From assembly GCF_036507355.1 (NCBI RefSeq), contig NZ_AP027877.1: a stretch of 64,000 nucleotides of DNA. One strand, 5' to 3'. This stretch comes from Escherichia coli. GTDB taxonomy: Bacteria; Pseudomonadota; Gammaproteobacteria; Enterobacterales; Enterobacteriaceae. The translations under genes and the position numbers were made by a program. Under the pieces are notes generated by a model. The model did not search any database and had not been told where the DNA came from. It saw only the letters and a program-made list of their open reading frames with translations. Shown here piece after piece: positions 30,718-40,612 of this stretch (positions are counted from its first letter, which is position 1; the number at the start of each line of letters is the position of its first letter).

Positions 30718-31725
30718 TATTAGCTCCTTCTGATGCCATTCTATTTCAGGAAGGAGTGTCCGTTAAACTCAGGCTACCTCAGGATGCCCCGTCAGCGTAA
30801 ACCGCGTTCCCGGCCACAGCCTCGGCGAATTACTCTGCCCTGTGGCCTTTTCCGCATCACTGCGCAGGCTCTCCATCTGGTACAGCGTGAAATCCTTGCC
30901 GTGCTGCTCATCCTTGAACCTTCCCGGATAATCAAATATTTCATACTGCGCCAGCTGTCCGTTCAGGTTCTCACCCTGCTGCTCATACATCCCCGGCCAG
31001 TCCGGCACCTTAAACGTGTAATCCTGGCTCTGCACCGACGACGGGCGGACATGCGCCTCATAACGGAACATACTGAGACACTCCGTCTCCGCTCCTGCCG
31101 ATGTGTCCGGGTTAAACGGAAGCTCTCCCGCCTGTGACAGCCCCGCCACATCGTCGCACAGCGTCAGCTTCTGCTCCGGACTGTCCGCCGCAAACCGCTC
31201 AAAGAAGAAAATTCCCTCCTCCGCCCACAGCCGGGACAGAAACGCCAGGTCGCTTTCCCCGTACTGGACACAGAACTCCCGCGCCGGATGGTCCTCATAA
31301 AACAGCGGCGTCCACTCCGTGACGCCGTTCTCGTTCAGTAACGTGGCCGATATCGTCCGGATATCCTGCTGCTGGAAGATACGGAAGTTCTGCCGCAGCC
31401 CGCACCGCCATAACGGCGGCTCAATACGCAGGTGATAACGCATCTGCCAGCCGTTATTCTCCTGCATACCAAAACCCGCCACCACGCCGGTGACATAACG
31501 CTGCGCCACTGCGCCCTGCCAGATGGTCAGCGTCGCCTTCTTCTCCAGCAGCATCTCCGCCGTCTGCATAAAAGAGTCGCTGGCAACATCCACACTCATC
31601 ACAAACGGATATGACTGGCTCTGGATTAACCGGAAGCTCACCACTGCAAAGGTGTCCGGCTCCTGGCCGTCAACCTCCAGCGTAAAGCGAAGACCTTTTA
31701 ATGACATAAATACCTCTCAGACATA

Positions 31726-32010
31726 TCAGCCTATATTTACCGTGCCGCCACCGATAACCACGCCGCCGCAGTCAACAGCATCACCGCTTCTGGCGGCGGG
31801 CAGACCGTCAATAAAGACGGTTGAAGAACCTCTGGCGATTTTTCGGGGATGAGGGGGATGCTTCGGTTTAGCATGCGGCGTCAGCGGATCTCCCTGACGG
31901 GCTGCGGGAAGACCATCGATAAAGACGGTGGATGACCCGGCGGTGATGACGGTCTCGTAATAACCGTCGTGCTGGGTGCCTTTGTCGGTGAGTTTGGCTG
32001 CTAAAGGCAT
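31726..32010 (-). CDS. PAAR-repeat protein (T6SS spike tip)
   Basis: 94-aa ORF containing GLPAARQGD and GLPAARSGD; immediately upstream of vgrG on the same strand. Confidence 0.8.
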   Translation of the reverse strand: MPLAAKLTDKGTQHDGYYETVITAGSSTVFIDGLPAARQGDPLTPHAKPKHPPHPRKIARGSSTVFIDGLPAARSGDAVDCGGVVIGGGTVNIG

Positions 32011-32340
32011 AATTCCTCCTGTTCAGAATTTCTACAGCAGCAGGTTTCAAAAATCCGGAGAAATATTCAACGAAATATTAATCACTTCACCGGATATTCT
32101 GATACGTACCTTCACTGGTCTATTTAAGTAATACAAATTGTTGGCGTGTATTAAGTTCCATTTTGTTCTCCTTAATTATGTAAGGAGTATTTGATCATGT
32201 ATAAGCAATAAAAACAGCTTCAGGAAATAAGGAATATCGCAATTTTTAAACATAAAATGCGAATCGTTCAATACAAAAAAGCAGCGTTGCGTAATCTTTC
32301 CCTGATTAAATACGCTACCGCCCTACTCTGATGACATGAT

Positions 32341-32397
32341 CTGCACTGCACTGCACTGCACTGCACTGCACTGCACTGCACTGCACTGCACTGCACT
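32341..32397. repeat. Pentanucleotide tandem repeat (CTGCA) x 11.4
   Basis: Perfect direct repeat read from the sequence; intergenic, ~330 bp upstream of the PAAR start. Confidence 0.95.
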
Positions 32398-32594
32398 ATC
32401 ATATCGACATGTTTCTCTACATGCGAAGAGATGTTTTATTTTCGGATTATATTAAATTGATATTTCATATAAAAAACGAAATTACATCAATCATATAAAT
32501 AATTGTATCAACTTTAATTACTATTCATAGCAAACAAATGGATATCCAGTTAACTACGCCAGTGATTCATTAACATTAACCTCCGGCATTATTG

Positions 32595-33212
32595 TTAAAT
32601 AATGACATTCCTTTTTAATACTTCTTGTAATTTCGGTAACTGACATACAGCATCAGCAATCGCACTGATATTCGTGGCATTATCCTGAAACCATTCATGC
32701 CCAGGCCCCCATGTGCGCATAGTGCAAAGATAACAGTCCACCAGCGTTAGTTGCTCACCAAACGCATAAGGTTCAGCGGTCAATTGTGAATTCAGCCAGA
32801 TATAAAGCGATTTACGATATTCAATAACATTCTTCTTTAACTGTTCGGGTGCGTCAGGAGCCCAACGCTCAGGGTAATCGGCGAAAGTGAATGTTGGATA
32901 GACATTAGCAACCAGCCAGACCAATAGCCGTTGAAACTGCTGACGTTCGGCGCGCCCAACCGGTGGCGCAAGGTCCGGGCGACGATCGAGAACCATCAAT
33001 GCAATCGCCGCTGTCTCCGTCATAATCTCGTCATTTTCCAGCGCCAGTGTCGGAATCTGACACAACGGGTTCAGGGTTTTCAATAACTCGCGTGAAGTTC
33101 CCTCGTGGTCAAAACCACTGACATCAACGAACTGATAAGGAATATCAGCCAGTGTTAGCATCAGCTCACTGATTGTAGAGCCCCATCCGGGTACGCCATA
33201 CACCTTAATCAT
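32595..33212 (-). CDS. yncG: Glutathione S-transferase-like protein
   Basis: 205-aa ORF; synteny next to ansP. Confidence 0.8.
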   Translation of the reverse strand: MIKVYGVPGWGSTISELMLTLADIPYQFVDVSGFDHEGTSRELLKTLNPLCQIPTLALENDEIMTETAAIALMVLDRRPDLAPPVGRAERQQFQRLLVWLVANVYPTFTFADYPERWAPDAPEQLKKNVIEYRKSLYIWLNSQLTAEPYAFGEQLTLVDCYLCTMRTWGPGHEWFQDNATNISAIADAVCQLPKLQEVLKRNVII

Positions 33213-33478
33213 ATGCCCCTCACAATCTTTTAAAGATTAAGTGTAGGACAGTACACAGGTTAACCAGCAAAAGGATTTGTCATTTTTTCGTCAGTTGTAT
33301 TAATCCCCTTCAGGATTGTAAGGGGATGTTTTGCATCGTTTATCGATAACGGGTAGGATGCTGCGCCGATAGTTTTATACCCATAAAGAATAATGGTGAT
33401 AACTATCATCGCCAGGATGAATAAACATTGTTCATGGCAACTTATATGACTTTTTCATTAAAGCAATCAGGGAGAGCA

Positions 33479-34978
33479 ATGAGTAAACACGACACCGACA
33501 CTTCAGATCAACACGCCGCGAAACGCCGCTGGCTTAATGCCCACGAAGAGGGGTATCACAAAGCGATGGGCAATCGCCAGGTACAGATGATCGCCATTGG
33601 CGGCGCGATTGGCACCGGCTTGTTTTTAGGTGCAGGAGCCCGACTGCAAATGGCGGGTCCAGCACTGGCACTGGTTTATTTAATTTGTGGCTTGTTTTCG
33701 TTTTTTATTCTGCGTGCATTGGGTGAGCTGGTGCTACACCGCCCTTCCAGTGGCAGTTTTGTCTCTTATGCCCGTGAGTTTTTGGGTGAGAAAGCCGCTT
33801 ATGTTGCTGGCTGGATGTACTTCATCAACTGGGCGATGACGGGGATTGTTGATATTACCGCCGTCGCTCTGTATATGCATTACTGGGGTGCGTTTGGCGG
33901 CGTGCCGCAGTGGGTCTTTGCGCTCGCTGCGCTGACCATCGTTGGCACCATGAATATGATCGGTGTGAAATGGTTTGCGGAGATGGAGTTCTGGTTTGCG
34001 CTTATTAAAGTGCTCGCCATTGTGACCTTTTTGGTCGTGGGTACAGTGTTCCTCGGTAGTGGTCAGCCGCTGGATGGCAACACGACTGGCTTACATTTAA
34101 TTACCGATAACGGCGGCTTCTTCCCCCACGGTTTGCTGCCTGCTCTGGTATTGATTCAGGGCGTAGTGTTTGCTTTTGCCTCCATTGAAATGGTGGGTAC
34201 AGCTGCCGGAGAATGTAAAGATCCGCAGACCATGGTGCCTAAAGCGATTAACAGTGTGATTTGGCGTATTGGCCTGTTTTACGTCGGCTCCGTGGTGTTG
34301 CTGGTTATGTTATTGCCGTGGAGCGCGTATCAGGCGGGGCAAAGTCCGTTCGTGACGTTTTTCTCTAAACTGGGTGTGCCATATATCGGCAGCATTATGA
34401 ACATTGTGGTGCTGACCGCTGCCCTCTCCAGCCTGAACTCAGGTCTGTACTGCACCGGACGTATTCTGCGCTCAATGGCGATGGGCGGTTCCGCACCGAG
34501 TTTTATGGCGAAAATGAGTCGTCAGCATGTGCCGTATGCTGGGATTCTGGCGACACTGGTTGTGTATGTCGTCGGCGTATTCCTCAACTATCTGGTGCCG
34601 TCGCGCGTATTTGAGATTGTGTTGAACTTCGCGTCGCTGGGAATCATCGCTTCATGGACGTTTATCATCGTGTGTCAGATGCGCCTGCGTAAAGCGATTA
34701 AAGAAGGCAAAGCAGCGGATGTCAGTTTTAAACTGCCTGGCGCGCCCTTCACTTCCTGGCTGACATTACTGTTTTTACTGAGTGTCCTTGTGCTGATGGC
34801 GTTCGATTACCCGAACGGGACTTATACTATCGCGGCGCTGCCGATTATCGGTATTCTGCTGGTTATAGGCTGGTTTGGTGTGCGCAAACGCGTTGCTGAA
34901 ATTCACAGCACTGCGCCAGTCGTCGAGGAAGATGAAGAAAAACAGGAAATTGTGTTTAAGCCTGAAACGGCGAGCTAA
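33479..34978 (+). CDS. ansP: L-asparagine permease (APC family)
   Basis: 499-aa 12-TM ORF from MSKHDTDTSDQ. Confidence 0.9.
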   Translation: MSKHDTDTSDQHAAKRRWLNAHEEGYHKAMGNRQVQMIAIGGAIGTGLFLGAGARLQMAGPALALVYLICGLFSFFILRALGELVLHRPSSGSFVSYAREFLGEKAAYVAGWMYFINWAMTGIVDITAVALYMHYWGAFGGVPQWVFALAALTIVGTMNMIGVKWFAEMEFWFALIKVLAIVTFLVVGTVFLGSGQPLDGNTTGLHLITDNGGFFPHGLLPALVLIQGVVFAFASIEMVGTAAGECKDPQTMVPKAINSVIWRIGLFYVGSVVLLVMLLPWSAYQAGQSPFVTFFSKLGVPYIGSIMNIVVLTAALSSLNSGLYCTGRILRSMAMGGSAPSFMAKMSRQHVPYAGILATLVVYVVGVFLNYLVPSRVFEIVLNFASLGIIASWTFIIVCQMRLRKAIKEGKAADVSFKLPGAPFTSWLTLLFLLSVLVLMAFDYPNGTYTIAALPIIGILLVIGWFGVRKRVAEIHSTAPVVEEDEEKQEIVFKPETAS

Positions 34979-35090
34979 TTGCAAAATTGCCCGGCTACGT
35001 GCCGGGCAAATTTAGATTACTGACGAAGGTGCCGCATGCGGCGTGATAAAAGTCAGGCAAGTCTCTCCGTTTTCACCCTCGCCATATCTA

Positions 35091-36152
35091 TTACAGCGCA
35101 ATACGAATCACATCGTCCGGCTGGGTAGCTTCCTGCTGTTTAGTGGATTTTTGTTTCACACTGACATACAGCGTTTTGCCATCGGCAGACAGCGCCAGGC
35201 TGTTTGGATGAGTCGGCGTATCGAACGTTTTCACCACTTTATAGCTTTTCGCGTCAATCACACTGACTTTACCTGCCTGACGATGCGTTACGTAGGCTTC
35301 ATTACGCGCTGAGTTAAACAGCACAGCCAGTGATTCCGGTGCCGCAACCTTCGCCAGAATATTGCCATTACGGGTATCGACCACTAACACTTCTGCGGCT
35401 TTAGAATCGGTGATAAATGCACGCTGCCTGGCGGTATCAAGGCTAATGTTGATAAAGAAGTGCTCTTTGCCGTCATCCAGCAGCTTTTTACGGCTGAGGA
35501 TTTTATTGTCGGCGGTGTCGATGGTAATCAATTCGCCGTCAGCGTTAGTGGTGTAAAGACGTTTGCCTTTGCTATCCAGCGCCAGACCGGTACTCATTTT
35601 ACCGGTGTTCTGGATGGCGGTTTTCAGTTTGATATTCTCGCCATCAACGACCCAAATCACGCTCTCTTTACCAATACCACTGATGTAAACGGTGTTCGTG
35701 GCATCATCAGCTACCAGCTCACGCGGTTGCAGCGGGCGCACCTCTTCCGTGCGCTTACGATCATCCAGCACCAGACGGCCTTTCACTTCGCCCGTTTTGG
35801 CATCTATCGCCGTGACCGCGCTGTTTACGGTGTTACCAAACCACAACGTCTGAGTCGTGTTATTGATGGTGGCACCAAACGGCTTGAGATCGTTATGGAT
35901 CGCCTGCGTCACTTCCAGAGTGACCGGATCAAGACGATAAACCACGCCACCTTTATCCAGTTTGCGGCTTTGCGAAGTGGCGAGCCACAGCGCGTTTTCT
36001 TGCTGGCTATAAGCCATTTCGTAGGCACCTTTACCTACCGCTTTACGCAGCATTTCTTCTGCGGCCTGCGTACTGAATGATGAAGCAACAAGCAATGAAC
36101 CTAACAGTAATGAACCACGCAGGCGCAATGAAAACAGATGACGTAAATGCAT
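35091..36152 (-). CDS. yncE: Periplasmic seven-bladed beta-propeller protein
   Basis: 353-aa ORF with signal peptide ending TQA-AEEM; synteny. Confidence 0.85.
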   Translation of the reverse strand: MHLRHLFSLRLRGSLLLGSLLVASSFSTQAAEEMLRKAVGKGAYEMAYSQQENALWLATSQSRKLDKGGVVYRLDPVTLEVTQAIHNDLKPFGATINNTTQTLWFGNTVNSAVTAIDAKTGEVKGRLVLDDRKRTEEVRPLQPRELVADDATNTVYISGIGKESVIWVVDGENIKLKTAIQNTGKMSTGLALDSKGKRLYTTNADGELITIDTADNKILSRKKLLDDGKEHFFINISLDTARQRAFITDSKAAEVLVVDTRNGNILAKVAAPESLAVLFNSARNEAYVTHRQAGKVSVIDAKSYKVVKTFDTPTHPNSLALSADGKTLYVSVKQKSTKQQEATQPDDVIRIAL

Positions 36153-36237
36153 GACGACTCCCTTTGATGAACCGATATTTTTGCTGCTTCACAATGCTTC
36201 GCTAAGCGTAATCATCGTTACGCTCTTGTTATAAATG

Positions 36238-36257
36238 GGAATGGTAATCATTATTTA
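36238..36257. promoter_or_regulatory. Putative Fur box in the yncE–yncD divergent intergenic region
   Basis: GGAATGGTAATCATTATTTA resembles the Fur consensus GATAATGATAATCATTATC; second weaker match GTAATCATCGTTAC at 36207-36224. Confidence 0.45.
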
Positions 36258-36393
36258 CTCAAATGTGGAGCATTTCTTGCCGTTACGACTACAATTTTCT
36301 CATTTACTTAACGTATTGTGCCGTTTCATTTTCCATAAATTTACAATTTCATTACCATGACGGCGTTTTCCCATTCTTAACCTGGCTTTTTTC

Positions 36394-38496
36394 ATGAAGA
36401 TTTTTTCCGTCCGACAGACCGTTTTGCCCGCACTGCTTGTCCTTTCCCCCGTTGTTTTTGCCGCTGATGAACAGACCATGATTGTCAGTGCCGCGCCGCA
36501 GGTGGTTTCAGAACTGGATACCCCTGCAGCAGTAAGCGTGGTGGATGGCGAGGAGATGCGCCTGGCAACACCGCGCATTAACTTGTCCGAATCACTGACC
36601 GGCGTGCCTGGTTTGCAGGTACAAAACCGGCAGAACTATGCGCAAGATTTACAGCTGTCGATTCGCGGATTTGGCTCCCGTTCCACTTACGGAATTCGCG
36701 GTATTCGCCTGTATGTGGACGGTATTCCCGCCACCATGCCCGACGGGCAAGGGCAAACATCCAACATCGATTTAAGCAGTGTGCAAAATGTGGAAGTGCT
36801 GCGTGGCCCCTTTTCTGCCCTGTATGGCAACGCGTCTGGCGGTGTAATGAATGTCACCACCCAGACCGGACAACAGCCACCAACCATTGAAGCCAGTAGT
36901 TACTACGGCAGTTTTGGCAGCTGGCGCTATGGGCTGAAAGCAACGGGCGCAACGGGAGACGGCACACAGCCCGGCGATGTTGATTACACCGTCTCAACCA
37001 CGCGTTTTACGACCCACGGCTATCGTGACCATAGTGGCGCACAGAAAAATTTAGCCAATGCCAAACTGGGCGTACGCATTGATGAAGCCAGCAAATTAAG
37101 CCTGATTTTCAATAGTGTGGATATCAAAGCAGATGACCCAGGTGGGCTAACCAAAGCAGAATGGAAGGCGAATCCACAACAAGCGCCTCGTGCAGAACAG
37201 TACGACACGCGAAAAACCATCAAGCAAACTCAGGCTGGGTTGCGCTATGAACGTAGCCTGAGTTCGCGGGATGATATGAGTGTGATGATGTATGCCGGAG
37301 AGCGAGAAACGACCCAGTACCAGTCAATACCCATGGCACCACAACTTAACCCGTCACATGCGGGCGGCGTGATTACCCTGCAACGCCATTACCAGGGAAT
37401 AGACAGCCGCTGGACACACCGTGGTGAACTGGGCGTTCCGGTCACGTTCACTACCGGCCTGAACTACGAAAACATGAGTGAAAACCGCAAGGGCTACAAT
37501 AACTTCCGCCTGAATAGCGGCATGCCGGAGTACGGGCAAAAAGGTGAGTTGCGTCGCGACGAACGCAATCTGATGTGGAACATCGATCCCTATTTACAGA
37601 CGCAGTGGCAGCTGAGCGAAAAACTGTCGCTGGATGCTGGCGTGCGCTACAGCTCCGTGTGGTTTGATTCCAACGACCATTACGTTACTCCGGGTAACGG
37701 CGATGACAGCGGTGATGCCAGTTATCACAAATGGCTACCTGCCGGATCGCTAAAATATGCAATGACCGATGCCTGGAATATCTATCTGGCAGCCGGGCGT
37801 GGTTTTGAAACGCCGACGATTAATGAGCTGTCTTATCGCGCTGATGGGCAAAGCGGTATGAACTTTGGTTTAAAACCATCCACCAACGATACAATTGAGA
37901 TCGGCAGTAAAACGCGTATTGGTGATGGGCTGCTTAGTCTCGCATTGTTCCAGACCGACACCGATGATGAAATTGTTGTCGATAGCAGTAGCGGTGGGCG
38001 TACGACTTACAAAAATGCTGGAAAGACCCGTCGTCAAGGTGCTGAACTGGCATGGGATCAACGTTTCGCGGGAGATTTTCGCGTAAACGCGTCCTGGACC
38101 TGGCTTGATGCGACCTATCGCAGCAATGTTTGCAATGAACAGGATTGTAACGGTAATCGGATGCCTGGGATCGCCCGTAATATGGGCTTTGCGTCGATAG
38201 GTTATGTACCGGAAGATGGCTGGTATGCAGGCACGGAAGCGCGTTATATGGGCGATATTATGGCAGATGATGAAAATACGGCCAAAGCGCCGTCTTATAC
38301 TCTCATCGGCTTATTCACCGGGTATAAATACAATTACCACAATTTAACTGTGGATTTATTTGGTCGTGTCGATAATTTATTCGATAAAGAATACGTTGGT
38401 TCTGTCATTGTCAATGAGTCAAACGGGCGATATTACGAACCTGCGCCCGGGCGAAATTATGGTGTCGGCGTGAATATCGCATGGCGATTTGAGTAA
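36394..38496 (+). CDS. yncD: TonB-dependent outer membrane receptor
   Basis: 700-aa ORF with signal peptide, plug domain and C-terminal aromatic residue (AWRFE). Confidence 0.85.
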   Translation: MKIFSVRQTVLPALLVLSPVVFAADEQTMIVSAAPQVVSELDTPAAVSVVDGEEMRLATPRINLSESLTGVPGLQVQNRQNYAQDLQLSIRGFGSRSTYGIRGIRLYVDGIPATMPDGQGQTSNIDLSSVQNVEVLRGPFSALYGNASGGVMNVTTQTGQQPPTIEASSYYGSFGSWRYGLKATGATGDGTQPGDVDYTVSTTRFTTHGYRDHSGAQKNLANAKLGVRIDEASKLSLIFNSVDIKADDPGGLTKAEWKANPQQAPRAEQYDTRKTIKQTQAGLRYERSLSSRDDMSVMMYAGERETTQYQSIPMAPQLNPSHAGGVITLQRHYQGIDSRWTHRGELGVPVTFTTGLNYENMSENRKGYNNFRLNSGMPEYGQKGELRRDERNLMWNIDPYLQTQWQLSEKLSLDAGVRYSSVWFDSNDHYVTPGNGDDSGDASYHKWLPAGSLKYAMTDAWNIYLAAGRGFETPTINELSYRADGQSGMNFGLKPSTNDTIEIGSKTRIGDGLLSLALFQTDTDDEIVVDSSSGGRTTYKNAGKTRRQGAELAWDQRFAGDFRVNASWTWLDATYRSNVCNEQDCNGNRMPGIARNMGFASIGYVPEDGWYAGTEARYMGDIMADDENTAKAPSYTLIGLFTGYKYNYHNLTVDLFGRVDNLFDKEYVGSVIVNESNGRYYEPAPGRNYGVGVNIAWRFE

Positions 38497-38531
38497 TTAC
38501 CTTGATGCCCGGTATTTGCCGGGCATTTACT

Positions 38532-39197
38532 TTAACGATTGTATTGCTGGTATAAAATAGCAATATTTTGTTGCATAATTTCAGCAAGACAATGTCTGCA
38601 TCCCTCTTTGTCTTTTGCTTTTAACGCAGCGAGTAACAGATGATAGTTTTCTATATGCTCCCGTAATTCCGCTGGATTAATCGCTTCATAGAGATAATGT
38701 AAACCAGGTCCCATCCTGACCCACAGTTGCTCAATCATCTCACACAGGATGGGCATATTTGAGCGATGATAAATCGCTAAGCGAAATAGCCTGTTTACAT
38801 TAATGATTTGTTCCATGTCGCCCTTTTCTTGCGCCTGCTGTAATTTCTCGAGCAATTCCTGGAGTTCCGCCAGGTCTTGCGGGGTGAGGTTTTCAACAGC
38901 CAGAGCAACTGCCATTAATTCCAGTTCGTAGCGGATCCGATTGATTTCGTCTAATTGACGTTTCCCCACTTCCGGAACTGTAAATGCTTGCGCTGGTGCG
39001 ACAGAAAGCGCATTCACCGAAACCAGACGTAATAATGCTTCACGCACAGGTGTAATACTCATACCTAATTGCTCCGCCAGATTTTTAGTAATCAGGCGTG
39101 CGCCAGGTTTTAGTGCGCCAATACTAAGCTGATGTTTCAGGTCGTTCTCAACCTGCAGAGTCAAACTGACATGTTTCATTTTTTCCGTTCCAGGCAT
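38532..39197 (-). CDS. mcbR: GntR-family transcriptional regulator
   Basis: 221-aa ORF from MPGTEKMKH; N-terminal HTH; synteny. Confidence 0.8.
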   Translation of the reverse strand: MPGTEKMKHVSLTLQVENDLKHQLSIGALKPGARLITKNLAEQLGMSITPVREALLRLVSVNALSVAPAQAFTVPEVGKRQLDEINRIRYELELMAVALAVENLTPQDLAELQELLEKLQQAQEKGDMEQIINVNRLFRLAIYHRSNMPILCEMIEQLWVRMGPGLHYLYEAINPAELREHIENYHLLLAALKAKDKEGCRHCLAEIMQQNIAILYQQYNR

Positions 39198-39394
39198 TTT
39201 AATTCCTTCGCGTGTTTTCTGTCCAACCCTGCCTGCATGGCAGAAGGAATTCACCTGGTGTATTAAAGTGAATAATCATAAACCACTCACCTTTGTTGTT
39301 ATTAGCAGCAGAACAATGATGTGGTTAGTTAATTAAAGCTGAAAATAAGCTTTTTGCCTGGATTTTTATGGCGGCTTACGCCGCCGTTGAAACT

Positions 39395-40432
39395 TTAATC
39401 ATCACCCGCCACGCGGATCACCACTTTGCCGAAGTTTTTACCCTTCAGCAGGCCGATAAACGTCTGTGGCGCATTCTCTAAACCGTCAGTAATTTCTTCG
39501 CGGTAGTGGATTTTATCCTCTTTCACCCATTGCCCCATCTCCTTCTGAAACTCATGGATGCGGTGACCATAATCCTGAGCGATAATAAACCCTTGCAAGC
39601 GAATACGTTTTTTCAGCACCGTTGCCATCAACAGGGGTAAACGATCCGGACCGGGTGGTAGCTCTGTAGCGTTATAGCTGCTCACTAAGCCACAAACGGG
39701 AATGCGCGCAGATGTATTAAGTAATGGTAGCACTGCATCAAATACCTTACCGCCCACGTTTTCATAATAGATATCAATACCTTTTGGGCACGCTTTCGCC
39801 AGTTGTTCGGCAAAATCGTCCGCGTGGTGATCAAGGCAAACATCGAAGCCTAACACCTCGGTAGCATGGCGGCATTTTTCCGCGCCACCGGCTACCCCCA
39901 CCACTCTGCAACCTTTAAGTTTGCCGATTTGCCCCACCGTCGCCCCCACTGGTCCTGTCGCCGCAGCTACCACCAACGTTTCGCCCTCTTTAGGCTGACC
40001 GATATCCAGTAGGCCCATATAAGCGGTAAAGCCTGGCATCCCTAGCACACCCAGCGACCACGATGGATTTTGCGGATGATCGCCAAGTTTCACCAGATCA
40101 TCACCACTGGATATGTCATAGTCTTGCCATCCACTGTAGCCCAGCACCCAGTCGCCAGACTGATAATCAGGATGATTCGACTCCACGACACGGCTCACCG
40201 TACCGCCGACCATCACGCCGCCAATATCAACCGGCGGTGAATAAGATGGCTCATCGCTCATACGTCCACGCATATACGGGTCCAGTGACAAATAAACTGT
40301 GCGTAGTAACACCTGACTTTCACCCGGTGTGGCGACATCATCTTCTTCAAGACGGAAATTCTCCGGAACCGGCGCGCCATGCGGACGCGAGGCCAGAACC
40401 CAACGTCGATTACGCTTCTTTTGTTGCCCCAT
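39395..40432 (-). CDS. curA: NADPH-dependent curcumin/dihydrocurcumin reductase (MDR family)
   Basis: 345-aa ORF from MGQQKK; synteny. Confidence 0.85.
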   Translation of the reverse strand: MGQQKKRNRRWVLASRPHGAPVPENFRLEEDDVATPGESQVLLRTVYLSLDPYMRGRMSDEPSYSPPVDIGGVMVGGTVSRVVESNHPDYQSGDWVLGYSGWQDYDISSGDDLVKLGDHPQNPSWSLGVLGMPGFTAYMGLLDIGQPKEGETLVVAAATGPVGATVGQIGKLKGCRVVGVAGGAEKCRHATEVLGFDVCLDHHADDFAEQLAKACPKGIDIYYENVGGKVFDAVLPLLNTSARIPVCGLVSSYNATELPPGPDRLPLLMATVLKKRIRLQGFIIAQDYGHRIHEFQKEMGQWVKEDKIHYREEITDGLENAPQTFIGLLKGKNFGKVVIRVAGDD

Positions 40433-40612
40433 AATGCTCTCCTGTGCTTTTGGCATGAATCCATCAATAGTAGCAGGCTCGCAGGATTGGTTTTGTTTGC
40501 AGCCGTCACATCCCCTCTGCAACACGCAATAATTTCATCGAGGAATCCGTTGCTTCGGGCTGTTTTCGATAGTATTGATAACATCATCATCATTATTTTA
40601 TTGAGGCCAGAC

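Larger units (their letters stand above)
29518..30781 (-). mobile_element. IS3-family insertion sequence, IS600-like, 1264 bp
   Basis: Imperfect 26-bp terminal inverted repeats TGAGGT...GGACAC at both ends; orfA and orfB transposase frames; flanked by a direct 3-bp GGA repeat (29515-29517 and 30782-30784). Confidence 0.85.
28665..31707 (-). pseudogene. vgrG: vgrG (T6SS spike protein) interrupted by an IS600-like insertion
   Basis: N-part starts MSLKGLRFTLEVDGQEPDTFAVVSFRL (gp27-like), C-part has [34 protein letters not shown] (gp5-like); both parts are in one frame once the IS and one GGA copy are removed (592 codons). Confidence 0.8.

Noticed and set aside
31868-32050. 60-aa ORF on the - strand
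   Set aside because: Overlaps the PAAR gene in another frame and has no supporting features
32341-32397. Possible CRISPR array
   Set aside because: The unit is only 5 bp with no spacers and no cas genes nearby; it is a microsatellite
35460-36080. 206-aa ORF on the + strand
   Set aside because: Antisense within yncE; spurious
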